A DNA stretch of 64,000 nucleotides from Eledone cirrhosa (taxonomy: Eukaryota), in assembly GCA_964016885.1 (NCBI GenBank), contig OZ024742.1, positions 239,196,001 through 239,260,000 on the forward strand. The letters are read 5' to 3'. Under the pieces are notes generated by a model. The model saw only the letters and a program-made list of their open reading frames with translations. It was not told the DNA's origin and did no database searches. Shown here piece after piece: positions 12,100-25,534 of the stretch; positions within the stretch are counted from its first letter, which is position 1; each line of letters begins with the position of its first letter. A program made the position numbers and the translations under genes.

Positions 12100-13500
12100 T
12101 ATTATGGCTTCATCTACCTTATTGTTCCACCACCATATCATTCTCCTTCTCCCTGTAGTCTTGCTCCAACCACAGATCTCATCCGTTGCCTTTTGTAAGT
12201 TATTTTTTTGGAACTCCCAGTGCTCTTCTATATTGAATATCTCTATCTGTTCTTCTTTACTGTCATAAGCATCAAGTAGAATATGTCTAAATCTGTTAGT
12301 AGCTGAGGGATCTTTCAGCTTCCAGATCTTTCTCCTCCAGGTTGCCTTCTGTTTCAAAGTTCATCTAGCTCTGACAGTGAGGTCGCTGACTACTTGGCTG
12401 TGTTGGCAGGTACATTCCTCGCCCAGGAAGGCTTTCGTGTTTACAACCATCCATCTATCTCATCCTCTGGTAAGGATAAAATCTGAATAGAATGCTTCCC
12501 GGATCTATAGGTGATCAGATGGTTGTCAGGTTTTTTGAAGTTTGTGTTACATATTGACAGCTCATTGGCATTACAGAATTCTAGAAGCCATAGACTCTGT
12601 AGAAGCCATCACTGTGTTTCCCAACATGTCCGTTAAAGTCCAGTGCAATGAGTAGGAAGTCAGTCATTCATTAGAGTGGTAGTTTGCATTAGGGACTCGT
12701 AAAACCTATCTTAAGTTCGTCTGGCAACCCAGATTGGGGTGTGTAAGCAGATATAATTGTAGCTATTATTTTATTCAGGACTAATCTTGAGTTTAATGAT
12801 TCTCGCGTTCACCCTGTTCACTGAGATTACCTTATTTACCTATTTGTCAGCTATTTGTAGTAAACCTACACCATCTAACCCATTGTCATTTCCCGCACAG
12901 AAAAATTTGCAGCACTGTTTTTTTTCCAACAAGGAGCCTAGTTGACTCTCCTCTCCATATAGTCTCTTGCACACAACCTACATCAATTTCTTTTCGCTCT
13001 AACATCTCTACAATTTCTCCTGTTCCTCCTTTCACTGTGCTCACATTGATGGTGTCGATTTAGAATTTTGGGAGTTTGATGTCAATGGTGGGTTTTTGCA
13101 GTGGAGGGGGGTGGTGGTGTATGCTTTCTGTATCTGTATCTGAATCTCCTGCAAACACGTGCGTTTATGTTCATTCAAAGTTCTTCCATCATGTTCAGCT
13201 CATCCATAGATAACGATAGACAAAGATTTCTCGAGGGGAGGGCTTTAAGAAAGATAACTAGTAGTAGCATAAGTTGCTGCGGGTGATCGATGAAGGTATG
13301 TGTTGCTGTGGTATGATTAGTCAGGGAGTCTACGATGGTGTGTGGGGGCGAGTGGCAAGAAAAATGTGAGATAAATAAGTATATGCACGTACATGTCTCG
13401 AGGAAAATTGAGAATTGAGAAAATCTAGAAGTCTGTCTGTCTATGAATAGCTAATATAGATGAATTATGCAGACATTATAAGTGGAATAGAATATACCGA
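12100..13500 (-). mobile_element. RTE family A-like 5' part (UTR plus APE), degenerate
   Basis: RRKIWKLKDP, WWWN motif, SAYTPQSGLP. Confidence 0.8.
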
Positions 13501-13519
13501 CTTGCTTATATATATAAAT

Positions 13520-13980
13520 ATAGGCCACAAATACCGCTCCCTCCATCTTTAACAGACACAGAGTAAAACTAGGGTACTCCAGCGCTAAGAATATGAAGGC
13601 CCACATCACCAACAGTCCTAAGAGTGGCACCCCACCAGGATGCTCTTGCCAAAAGCCTGAAGCTTGTCCCCTTCAACAGCAATGCAACACACCCGCTATA
13701 GTTTATGAAGCTGTGGTCACTTCCAACCGACCAAATCAACCACAAGAGGTCAAATCCTGTGTGGGTATGGTGGAGGGCCGATTTAAGGAACATTTCCTGT
13801 AGCATCAGTCGACCTTTAGGTACCCGGATAAATTATCATCCACGAAGCTCGCGAGCCACGTATGGTCCCTCAATGGTATAGACTACTCCATTCAATGGAA
13901 AGCTATCACTAAGTCCAAGCCATACGCAAGAGGTAATCCGTCTTGTGGACTGTGTATTGAAGAAAGGATAAATATTCTAA
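13520..13980 (+). mobile_element. Penelope-like element GIY-YIG fragment
   Basis: GYSSAKNMKAHI..CSCQKPEACPLQQQC..IVYEAVV..VG..FK..STKLASHVWSL..W..Y..CGLCIEE. Confidence 0.85.
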
Positions 13981-14170
13981 GGCCAGTAATTTGGGGGAGC
14001 GGAAAGTCGATTAAATCCACCCAGTATGTTACTGGTGCTTTATTTTATCGACCCCGTAAGGAGGAAACGCAAAGTTAACCTCGGCGGGATTTGAACTCAG
14101 ATCATAAAGGGTTGTAACTCTATACTGCAAAGCATGGCGTCCGACCCTCTACCGATATTGCCAATCCCCC
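13980..14170 (-). mobile_element. tRNA-like SINE with Nin/Deu-type core
   Basis: gagttcaaatcccgccgagg B box plus cctt.cggggtcgataaaataaag.accag core; same family as 59985-60162. Confidence 0.75.
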
Positions 14171-14186
14171 GTATATATAATATGCG

Positions 14187-14500
14187 GGTACAAGCCGAAG
14201 CTGAAGCATATAGAGAATATGCCCTCACCACCTCCCACTGTAAAGTGGTCGTGTAGGTGTCACAACAAAAATCACCCAGCCCACACTGTAAAGTGGTCAT
14301 ATAGGCACCACGGTAAAAAAGTACCTAGTACTCACTGTAAATGAGGTTAGTGTTAGGAAGGGCATCCAGCTGTAGAAATCAAGCCCAAATCAGTTCCGTA
14401 TGAGCAAGACACAGTCACCTGACCTGGTATTGCCCACAACAGGACAACCCGTCTAACCCATGCTAGTGTATAAGAACGGATATAAAACTGATAATGATAT
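14187..14500 (+). mobile_element. RTE 3'-UTR module
   Basis: Homologous to 3329-3632. Confidence 0.8.
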
Positions 14501-14707
14501 ATATATATATATTTATTTAGGTTAGTTGGTTCACTACTGGATAGAACTGGTCATTCTGTATGGTCAATCTCAATGTAATATTATGGAGAGTACTCAACGT
14601 AATGCAACTCACCCGTCTTCGTTTGTGTAGTTGGTGGTGCGAGTACGGAGTTAATTATTATAAAATAACAGGAGGCTGGACTGGTGTAAATCCTTGAAAG
14701 GTTTATT

Positions 14708-14765
14708 ATACTATGATCATTTCAATAACTGGCTTCAGTATGAATCCGGTGATATCATCAGGTAT
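14708..14765 (-). ncRNA. Hammerhead ribozyme (left-arm copy)
   Basis: atac CTGATGA tatcaccgg..ccagttatt GAAA tgatca TA gtat AATAAA. Confidence 0.7.
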
Positions 14766-14930
14766 TCGAAATATAACAAAGGAATATAACAGATAAAATC
14801 CATGGGGCTGATAATCAGAGACAAGAGGACGACCGACTATTTAGCAGCTTCTACCTCAGTCGGTCGTCCTCTTGTCTCTGATTATCAGCCCCATGGATTT
14901 TATCTGTTATATTCCTTGGTTATATTTCGA

Positions 14931-14988
14931 ATACCTGATGATATTACCGGATTCATACTGAAGCCGGTCATTGAAATGATCATAGTAT
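14931..14988 (+). ncRNA. Hammerhead ribozyme
   Basis: atac CTGATGA tattaccgg-attcatactgaag-ccggtcatt GAAA tgatca TA gtat AATAAA; palindromic helix III. Confidence 0.75.
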
Positions 14989-15061
14989 AATAAACCTTTC
15001 AAGGATTTACACCAGTCCAGCCTCCTGTTATTTTATAATATATATATATATATATCTATAT

Positions 15062-18000
15062 ATCATCATCATCATTTTACGTCCGCTTTTCCCTGCTTGC
15101 AAGGGTGGGACGGATCTTATTCAGCACAGCATCTCTCCACGTGTCACGGTCCTTCGTCATCTCCACCGTGACCTTCATCGATCGGAGCTCTGTTCTCACC
15201 ACCTACGCCCATGTTTTTCGTGGTCTACCTCTACCACGTCTTCCTTCAACTGGCATTTCCTGGCACTTCTTCACCCATCGGTTATCCTCCATGCCCATCA
15301 CATGTCCATACCACCTCAGTCTCCTCTCTCGCACACTACATTCTATCCCTCTCAGACACAGTTTCTCTCTCAACACATTCATGCTGGGTCAATCACGCAC
15401 ATTGACATTGCACGTCCAACGGAGCATGCTTGCCTCATTTCTCTCCAGCCATCGCATATCCTCTGCAGTTACTACCATGCAGCATCGCGCTCCTCACACA
15501 GGCATCATATAACCGGCCTTTCGTATGCAGGGAGAAACCCTTCTTTGACAGCAGAGGAAGCAGCTCCCTAAACTTCTTCCAACCCGTCCATATTCTAGAT
15601 ACTATGGCTTCGGAACCCCCTCCCCCCCTTCCATGCTAATCTGATCTCCTAGGTACTGGAAGCTATCCACCACTTCTATAGCACCCACCTGCATTTGAAA
15701 AATGTGTCTACCAATGCGACTTCTACTGTCTAATTTCCCTGTACATCTACTGCATACGTATTTATGCCAGTTCCTTTTCTGCTTATCGAACATGGCCATT
15801 TCCCTGACGGAATCAGAGTGTTCTCCTCTTTTCTACTCATCAACACTTTTGTCTTAGCTAGGTTCACTCTCAGTCCTCTTGCTTCCAACTGCTGTTTCCA
15901 TAGCCAGAATTTATTCTCTAGCTCCTCTACTGATTCTGCTATAAGAACCAGATCGTCAGCATAGAGAAGTTCCCATGGACAGCCAGTCTTAAACTCCTCT
16001 GTTATGGCTTGGAGGACTATAATGAACAAGAGCGGGCTGAGGACCGAACCTTGATGTACTCCTACTTGTAGCTGGAATTCCTCACTAAACTCCATTCCTG
16101 CCCTGACTTTCCTGACAGCACCTCTGTACAAAGTTTGCACTGTCCTCACAAGCCATTCCTCAACACCTAGTTTCCTTAGGGACCACCAGATGACAGATCG
16201 GGGGTACCCTATCAAAGGCCTTCTCTAGGTCAACAAAGACTAAGTATAGTGGCTTATTCTTCTCTGAGAACCTCTCTTGTAATTGTTTCACCAAGAAGAG
16301 GGCATCTGTTGTACTTTTCCCAGGCAAAAACCAAACTGCATCTCATCTAGTTTGACCCTTACTCTAATTAGTTGTGCTAATATCCTTTCTGCCACTTTCA
16401 TAACCTGATCCATCAGTTTTATACCCCTATAATTGCTCCTCTCCAGAGCATCCCCTTTACCTTTGTAGCAATTTATGAGAATATTGCTGCACCAGTCTTT
16501 GGGTATGACACCACCATATATAGCCTGATTGATGATGCGTGCAACCAGTTTAGTGTCTACGTCCCCTGATGCCTTCAGCATCTCAGCAACTATCCCCGAC
16601 GGCCCAGCAGCCATATCATTTTTCATTTCCTTAATTGCCTCTTGGATCCTATATTCATCAATCTCAATAGCTGGTCTCTCTGTCGGATCTACTGAGGGTA
16701 ATTTCTCTCTCTCCCATTCGTTCTCCACATTCATCAGTCTCTCATGACATTTCCAGGCCTTTTTCTGATCATTCATGACACTAAGTACACCAGCATCATT
16801 CCGGACACATTTATCTCCAACAACATCCTGATTTGCATTGACACACTGCCTTGCAATGTGGAACACCGCACGCCTCTGATCTTCCCGTCGCAGAAAATTG
16901 GCAAACCTCCTACTCTCAGCCTCCTTGCGTGCTAAGTACACCTGACATCTAACTTCTCTCTTAGCGGCTGTATATCCTTCTCTACTCCCACCCTTTTCCC
17001 AAGCCTTCCATGCTAGTCTTTTGTCTCTAATGGCCTTATCTACTGTGCTGTTCCACCACCAGGTCACTCTCTGTCTGGTTGGAGCTCTGCTCCAGCCACA
17101 AGTTTCATCAGTAGCCTGCAGTAAGTTGTCACGTGAGAAATTCCAGTTATTATTTATGTCATACATCTCTAAATCGTCTTCTTTTTCGTCATACACATCT
17201 TGAAGGGCTTTCCTAAATTTGTATTTTAGTGAAAGATCTTTTAGCTTCCAGACCTTTCTTCTCCACACCTTCCTGTATGTCTCATTCCATCTCTTGCTTA
17301 CTGAGATATCACTAACGACTAACCTATGTTGTGGGGTACATTCTTCCCCAGGGTATGCCTTGGTATTTGACACCATCTGCCTGTCCCGCTGCCTAACTAG
17401 TAAGAAGTCAATCTGGCTTATGTGCTCACCAGATTTGTAGGTTATCAGGTGGTTGGCAGGTTTCTGGAAGTTAGTGTTGCAAATAGTCAGTGTACTTGCA
17501 TCACAAAATTCAAGAAGTCTCACTCCTTCATTTCTTGAGCCGTAACTGTGCCCACCATGTACCCCAGTGTAACCATCCTGGAGCTGTCCAACATGACCAT
17601 TGAAGTCTCCTGCTAGCATAACGATGTCTCCGTCCTCTGTCATTGCGGTTGTTTGTAAAAGTTGCTCGTAAAAGCAGTCTTTCTCTTCTTTACCAAAGCT
17701 TCCCTGGGGAGCATAGGCAGAGATGATTGTCAACAGTCTCGTGCCTACAACTAATCTAAGCTTAATTATTTGATTACTAACTCGAACTACCTTTATTTAT
17801 CTTATTGATCCATTTCTCAGCCAGGAAAATGCCTACCTCCCCTAACCCATCATCCTTACCTACCCAGAAAAGCTTATAGCTAAGATGTTTGCCTGTGACT
17901 AGTCTCGCAGAGGCACCTCTCCATCTCACCTCTTGCACGCAACACACATCCACATGCCTTCTCTCCAGCATCTCCGCTATCTCAGCAAGTCTACCTGTGA

Positions 18001-18200
18001 GAATGCCAACATTAAGTGTTGTAACTCTGAAATGCGACGTCTTCATATTTTTGTTGTTCCTATATACTTGTTGCTGTGCTTATAATCGTTTTGACATTGA
18101 TACTCTGGTTGGATGCCCTTCCTAACACCAGCGCCACTTTACAGCATGGACTGGGTGCTTTTATTTGTGCCACCAGCACTAGAGAGGATGTCTTACTGGA
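15062..18200 (-). mobile_element. RTE LINE family B, near full length, frameshifted
   Basis: ORFs 17777-18046, 16288-17733, 15730-16215 (APE; NYRGIKL; GVHQGSVLSP; LLYADD); short 3' UTR with (GAT)n. Confidence 0.95.
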
Positions 18201-18314
18201 CTCATGGGCCCTATCTACCCCTCCATTTTACAGCATGGTCATAAAAAAAATATATATATCTATAATATACAATGATATTAAATAAATGGAAACTATATTT
18301 ATAAAACCATATTT

Positions 18315-18377
18315 ATTTTATTATATATATTTCAAGGGCAACCAAGACAACATTGGTACGCTTTCATCAGATAAAAT
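18315..18377 (-). ncRNA. Hammerhead ribozyme
   Basis: attttat CTGATGA aagcgtaccaa..ttggttgccctt GAAA tatata TA ataaaat; 7-bp helix I; flanks homologous to 35740-35870. Confidence 0.75.
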
Positions 18378-18536
18378 ACAAAGTTTGTATATTTATATAT
18401 ATATAAATAGAGACGTACCCATGAAAAACATACCTTATCGGTTGGAAATTTACTCCAGTAACTTGTTGAGTGCTCTAAATCAGTTATAAATATTTATGTT
18501 TGTCGGACTTCCAACAAATTAAATACAACTTCTACT

Positions 18537-18584
<48 letters not shown>

Positions 18585-18711
18585 TTAGGGTAAACATTGA
18601 TGCAATTCAATTCAAGCACTCAACGTACTTTTTCCACATAGGAGTGACAGAGTAAATATCGAATAAGTAAAAGCGAAGTAGTTTCAGATGTTCAAGTCCT
18701 TTAATAATAAT

Positions 18712-18785
18712 GCTGTGATATATATTTCAATGACGACACTGGCCACACTGTTCTGTGTGCGAGTGTCGTGACATCATCAGACAGC
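18712..18785 (-). ncRNA. Hammerhead ribozyme with long helix II
   Basis: gctgt CTGATGA tgtcacgacact..agtgtcgtcatt GAAA tatata TC acagc, then ATTAAA. Confidence 0.8.
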
Positions 18786-19252
18786 TTTTTACATAATAAG
18801 GTTATGTTTCCGAGGCAATCCAAGTTGAATCGACATGGGAACGGACGAAGTGTGTGCTTTTGGGTTCTTCACCCCTGTGAGTACCAATTCACCCCCACCG
18901 GTCTGCGCAGGCGCATGTCCGAAGGAATTTGACCATTAGCTACCGCAGATTTCAACGAAATTCGCTTAGTCAGTTCACCCTCTCAGCCAAACAACGACTC
19001 ATTTAGGCCTGTACTAGTTTACTGCTACCCGTCCCGTCTGTGGCAGTCAGCCGAAAGCCAGAGGGGATGGGAGAATGTTAGTTTTTACAGGTAACAATAC
19101 TACCTCTCACCAAGCATGGACAGTACTCTCCATCAACTCCCAAGAGAAAATATACTTAATTCTAGGAATCATGGTTTTACATTGGAAGTTATGAGTGAGA
19201 GTTGGAAATAAAAATTAAAATCCTAAATATATATATATATATTACATATATA

Positions 19253-22200
19253 TCATCATCATCATCATCATCATCGTTTAACGTCCATGTTCCACGCTTG
19301 CATGGGTTTGGATGGGTGTTTTCCCACTTGAGGCAAGGGTGGTTGTCTTGCTCGCATAGGACTGTCTGGCGGGTTTTCTACAGCTGGATGCCCTTCCTAA
19401 CACCAACCACATTTACAGTGTGGGACTGGGAGGTTTTTACCGTGTTGCCTACACGGCCACATTACAGCGTGGACTGTGTATTTTTTTGTCGTGACACCTA
19501 CACGATCTCATTTGTTTCGGCCTGGATGTTGTGGCACCAACATAACTTTACATTGAAAGGGGCGGTGTGGATGGGGTGGGGGTGGTGGGACGGGGGTGTA
19601 TTTTGTTAGAGATGCCTACAGACTGAATTAGGTTTTACTTTGTATTTAGGTAAGGCGGGTCTTCTCTATTACCGAGTACCGCCAAAGGTCTCGGTCCAGT
19701 GACACTGTCTTGGAGAGGTGTAAGTGTGTGAGGTCGGAATTTATCAGCTCGTCCCAGGTTTTTCTGGGTCTGCCTACTCCGTGGCTACCGTCTATCTTTA
19801 TTGCCCTGCACTTTGTTATACAGCTGTCGTCTTTCATGCGCATCACGTGTCCATACCAACGTAGCCTTCTCTCGAGTAAACAACATCTGATCCCTCTTAT
19901 TTCTAATTTTTTCCTTAGTTCGTTTATGCTTTGCCGTTCACGTATATTACTATTACACATCCAGCGGAACATGCAAGCTTCGTTCCTCTCTAGTCTGCGT
20001 ATATCCTCTGCACACAATGCCCAGGTCTCACTGCCATGCAACATTGCTGTTCGTATGCAGGCATCATACAACCTGCCTTTCATTTTTAGGGAGAACCCTT
20101 TAGCGGTTAATAGTGGTATAAGCTCTCTGAACTTTTTCCATCCAGTTCTGACTCTAGCTACTGTACTTTCAGAGCACCCTCCCCCACTGCTGATTTTGTC
20201 ACCCAGGTAACGGAAGCTGTCCACTATTTCTATAGAACCCTCTGCGCAATTGAAAGAGCTAGTATTTTGTGGGCACTTGCTGCTACTTATTGCACCAGAG
20301 CACCGGCCACATGTAAAATCTATGTTCTTAGTTAGCTTACCTATGATCCCACTACATCTTTTATGCATCCATACTTTGCATTTGGGACATAAAATGGAGT
20401 TTCTACCTACGCCTTTCCTACACACTGAGCATGGCCATTTCCCGGAAGGGACCGGCGCCTTATTTTCTTTCCTACAAACTAGAACTTTAGTCTTAGCCAG
20501 GTTAATTTTAAGGCCTTTTGATTCTAGGCCGTGCTTCCATGTTTGGAATTTCTTCTCTAGCTCGGCCATTGATTCAGCTATGAGCGTTAGATCATCTGCG
20601 TATAGGAGTTCCCATGGGCAGCCGGTCTTGAACTGTTATAGCCTGAAGGGCAATAATAAATAGTAGGGGGCTAAGAACAGAGCTCTGATGAACACCAACT
20701 TTTACGCTTAACTCTTCACTATATTCGTTGTTAATTCTAACCTTGCTGACTGTTTCTTTATACATGGCTTGTATAGCTCTCACAAGCCATTCATCAACAC
20801 CTAGTTTTCTAAGAGCCCACCAGATAATGGAACGGGGGACTCTGTCGAAGGCTTTCTCCAAGTCGACAAAAGCTAAGTAGAGGGGTTTACCTTTAGCTAG
20901 GTACTTCTCCTGTAGTTGACGTACAATGAAAAGAGCGTCTGTGGTACTTTTGTCTGACACAAACCCGAACTGCATTTCATCTAGATCGATTCTCTCTCTG
21001 ATTAGTTGCTCTATTACTTTTTCCGTGACCTTCATGACCTGGTCGATTAATTTAATGCCTCTATAGTTACTCCTATCTAGGGCGTCTCCTTTACCCTTGT
21101 AGCAGTTAATGATGATGCTGCTACGCCAGTCCTTCGGAACAACCCCATTCTGTATGACTTGGTTTACTATCCGGGTGACCATGGTGTGTCCCACCGTTCC
21201 AGAGGCTTTCACCATCTCAGCAACTATTTCCGAAGGCCCAGCCGCCTTACCCGTCTTCATATCTTTGATTGCCTTACTTATTATACTACATTCGACTAAC
21301 ACTGCTGGTCCCTCTCTTGGGTCGATGTGGGGTAGACTGTCTTTCTCCCATTTATTCTCCTCATTTAGTAGCCTTTCGTAGTGACACTTCCAAGCTACCT
21401 TCTTATCAGCGTCAGGGATGGCAAGTGTGCCATCATCATTAAGTACACACTTCTCCCTGACAATATCACGGTTTTCCTTGACACATTGCCTAGCAATCCT
21501 GAACACCTCACGTTTTTGGTCCTCGCGTTGTAGAACATGCTTGAACTTTCTTTCCTCTGCTTCCCTTCTTGCGAAGTACACTTGTCTCCTAGCTTCCCTC
21601 CTGGCCACTTAATAGTCTTCTCTACTTCCTCCATCCCGCCATACTTTCCAAGCCTGCTTTTTGGCCTTAATTGACTCCTCCACCTTACTCTCCTCCTTAA
21701 TTGACTCCTCCAAGTTACTCTCCTCCTTAATTGACTCCTCCAAGTTACTCTCCTCCTTAATTGACTCCTCCAAGTTACTCTCCTCCTTAATTGACTCCTC
21801 CAAGTTACTCTCCTCCTGCCTACAGGCCTCCTGCTCCAGCAACAGATTTCATCTGTCGCCTTCAGCAGGTTAGCTTTCAGGTATTCCCACTGTTCCTCTA
21901 TATTGTACGACTCTAATTGCTCTTCCTTACTGTCGAAAGCATCAAGTAATATGCTTTTAAATTTATTTCTGGCTGTGGGGTCCTTTAGCTTCCATATTTT
22001 TCTCCTGAGGATAGTCCTCTTCTGCTGTCGAGTACGTCTCGTCCTGACTATGAGGTTACTAATTATGAGTCTATGTTGGGAGGTGCATTCTTCATGGGGG
22101 AGGGATTTAGTGTTTACAACAGACACTCTGTCACGTCTTCTGGTAAGGATATAATCTACCTGGCTGGTATGTTCCCCTGATCTGTAGGTGATCAAGTGAT

Positions 22201-23972
22201 TGTCTCGTTTTTTGAAGTTAGTGTTACAGATAGTTAGGTTATTTGCATCACAGAATTCCAGGATTCTGGAGCCTTCCTCATTTCTAGTACCAAACCCATA
22301 GCCTCTGTGGATTCCGTCATAGCCGTCACAATGTTGACCAACGTGGCCATTTAGGTCGCCAGCAATAATTATATAGTCACTGTCGGTTATTTGGGAGGTA
22401 GTGAGCATCAGTGTCTCATAGAATCTGTCTTTTATAGCGCCAGGCAGTCCGGATTGGGGCGCGTATGCCGATATTACTGTCACAGTAGTCCTATTTAGAA
22501 CAAGTCTTATTTTAATTATTCTGTCATTTACTCTATTTACATCTATTATCTTATCCACCCATTTTTCTGCTAACATGATTCCTACCCCACCTATCCCATT
22601 GTCATTTCCCACCCAGAAAAGCTTATAGCAACGTTTTTTACCCACAATGAATCTAGCAGACCCGCCCCTCCACCTGGTCTCTTGGATACAGCAAACATCA
22701 ACCTCCTTACGTTCAAGCATTTCTACAACCTCGTTAGAGCGGCCTTTTAAGGTGCCTACATTTATGGTACCAACTCTGAAGTTTTGGATTGTGTTTGGAG
22801 GATGGGGCGCAGGGATGGATGAGGGGGATAGGGTTGGGGTTATGTTGGCCATCCGCGGCCGAAACAAAGAGGAGGGGGCCTTGCCCTTTCGTCCGGCAGC
22901 ATGAGGTGAATTTGTCGTTATCTTTGGCATTGTCATCGAGTGTCCAGATTCTTCAGACTCTCCAGAAATTCCTTAGTCCATCCATCATATCGAAAAGCGA
23001 CCAGAAGTGATAGCATAGGCCGTTGACTTGTGATTGGTTCAAATAATAAGGTGGAGAGTGGGGGCGGGAGGGAGAGGTATGGGGTAGTTAGCAAAGAGAA
23101 GATTATTTAGAACAAATGGGGTAGTTAGCGAGAGGTTTTAAATGAAATCTTCGAATTTTGGGGGGCATAATTGGGGAAGCATATAACAGTAATAATAAGC
23201 AAATGATGGGGTTTTAAAATACAAGAAGATTATTTAGAAACAACCAGACAGAATTATAGAATAGCATTGAGAGAGAGCAAAGATTCGATTTTGGGCGATA
23301 ATACGGATATATGAATGAATGGACTGATAGCAAGGAGAAGATTATTTAGAACAATATGAATGAATGAACCGATAGGCTGGAGAGAGATAAGAAAGAAAAA
23401 GGTCATTTACATTATACTTCGCAGCGACTTGGTATGACCATTTTTAACCGTTGACAAATTCTGAGATTCGTACCTCGCAGCAGGTTTATTTATATTTGGA
23501 GAGAGAAGGGAGTGATTGAAAGGGTGAGCTAGCCAGTGCGTAACACGCTATAGTGGGGACGGGGGGTAAAGGATAAGAGGGACAATGAGGCCATTTTATA
23601 AATCCTAGCATTTTTCGGCCAAAATTAAACAAACAAGATTGTTATTTTAGAAAAGCAAAGAGAAGATTATTTAGAACAAATGGGGTAGTTAGCGAGAGGT
23701 TTTAAATGAAATCTTTGAATTTTGGGGGGCATAATTGGGGAAGCATATAACAGTAATAATAAGCGAATAATGGGGTTTTAAAATACAAGAAGATTATTTA
23801 GAAACATCCAGACAGAATTATAGAATAGCATTGAGAGAGAGCAAAGATTGGATTTTGGGCGATAATACGGATATATGAATGAATGGACTGATAGCAAGGA
23901 GAAGATTATTTAGAACAATATGAATGAATGAACCGATAGGCTGGAGAGAGATAAGAAAGAAAAAGGTCATTT
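19253..23972 (-). mobile_element. RTE family A, full length including a tandemly duplicated 5' region, frameshifted
   Basis: ORFs 21395-22936 (APE), 20592-21608 (RT), 19646-20569 (PHD-like plus C-terminus); (GAT)n tail at 19253. Confidence 0.95.
21666..21797. repeat. 30-bp tandem repeat, about 4.5 copies, inside the RTE ORF
   Basis: Unit tcctccttaattgactcctccaagttactc (RRRVTWRSQL). Confidence 0.95.
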
Positions 23973-24091
23973 GTGTATATATATATTTTTTTTTTTAATA
24001 TATATATATATATATATATATGTAATATATATATATTTTATAGATATGTATATATATATTTTATATATATATTATATATATATATATATAT

Positions 24092-24144
<53 letters not shown>

Positions 24145-24252
24145 ATATATATATATTAATATATATATATATTATATATATATATAATATATATATATAT
24201 TAATATATATATATATTATATATATATATTTATATTATATATATATTATATA
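23973..24252. repeat. (TA)n microsatellite
   Basis: Low complexity. Confidence 0.95.
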
Positions 24253-24630
24253 TCATCATCATCATCATTTTACGTCCGCTTTTCCCTGCTTGCAAGGGCA
24301 GGACGGGAATTGATTCTGGCTTGATTTCTACAGCTGGATGCCCTTCCTAACACCAACCTCATTTACAGTGAGTGCTGGGTGCTTTTTTTCCATGGTGCCT
24401 ACACGTCCACTTTACAGTGTGGGCTGGGTTTTTTTTTGCCGTGGCACCGCCACAACCACTTTGCAGTGGAATGATAGGGACCCAGTCCTATCATCTCATT
24501 TCTACAGCTGAATAAACTGGAGCAATGTGAAATAAAATGTCTTGCTCAAGGAAACAACACATCACCCGGTCTGAGAATTGAACTCACAACCTTCCGATTG
24601 CACTTTAACCACTAAGCCATGTGCCTCCAT
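24253..24630 (-). mobile_element. tRNA-headed SINE with RTE-derived body and tail
   Basis: A box tggcttagtgg, B box gagttcaattc, ccttgagcaagaca core, 3' end matching RTE family B. Confidence 0.85.
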
Positions 24631-25170
24631 ATTATGTAAATGCTAAAGGGTTAAAACAAGATGGAACACATTGAGGAGTTTCCACACATTCTGACTATGA
24701 AATTTCCCACACAAGGCCCTGGTTAATTTAAGAGTTAAAGAACAAGACTTAGCTGATGGTTTCAAACCTTGACAAGGCATATTATGTAATTACTTCAACA
24801 CAATTTAATGAAAATTTCAGATGAAATCTTTATATCTGGCATGGCCAGGATAGCAGAGACTAGTGGATTGTAGCAACTCTGAACACAAGTAATTTGTTAT
24901 TTATTTGTACTTGTGTTGCCATTCACCTTGGGATTAGGTGAACTGACTTCAAGGAACCAACAGCATCATAAACAGAAGCTGATCATATTCAGTGATCAAT
25001 GCCACATTCAGCAGTCCCCATATATTTGAGGATCAGAAATCAATTAGAGATCTGACTTAACCATATTAATCTAGAATTTCAGCAGTCCACCTTGCTATTT
25101 ATGCAATCTTGGGAGAAGCTGGCTTTGACATGACAATATATATATATTTATATATATTATATATATATAT

Positions 25171-25202
<32 letters not shown>

Positions 25203-25230
25203 TATATATATTATATATATATATATATTT

Positions 25231-25530
25231 ATAAAGAAAAAAAGATAAAATCGAAAATGTAACTGGAGTCTTATTTTTTTAAAAATATATATATTTATTT
25301 GGTTCCTTTGCCGGTTTCGCAGTTCTTCTGCTTTTCAAAAGTAGAGTTGAGATGGAGGGTCTGTGGTTTTTCTCATATCTGATGTGAGAAAAACCACAGA
25401 CCCTCCATCTCAACTCTACTTGTGAAAAGCAGAAGAACTGCGAAACCGGCAAAGGAACCAAATAAATATATATATTTAAAAAAAAATAAGACTCCAGTTA
25501 CATTTTCGATTTCATCTTTTTTCCTTTATA
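25231..25530. repeat. Fold-back, about 145-bp arms, degenerate hammerhead
   Basis: Centre at about 25380. 25419-25454: ctt GTGAAAA gcag-aagaa-ctgc GAAA ccgg CA aag, then AATAAA. Confidence 0.9.
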
Positions 25531-25534
25531 CTTT

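Larger units (their letters stand above)
14656..15040. repeat. Fold-back, 183-bp arms, 19-nt loop, one hammerhead per arm
   Basis: 14656-14838 is the reverse complement of 14858-15040 with few mismatches. Confidence 0.95.

Noticed and set aside
13593-13980. Selenocysteine recoding in the Penelope ORFs
   Set aside because: Conserved Cys positions I checked are ordinary Cys codons; no in-frame TGA there.
24660-25135. Unique-looking segment as an exon
   Set aside because: No ORF or recognisable motif; likely decayed repeats.
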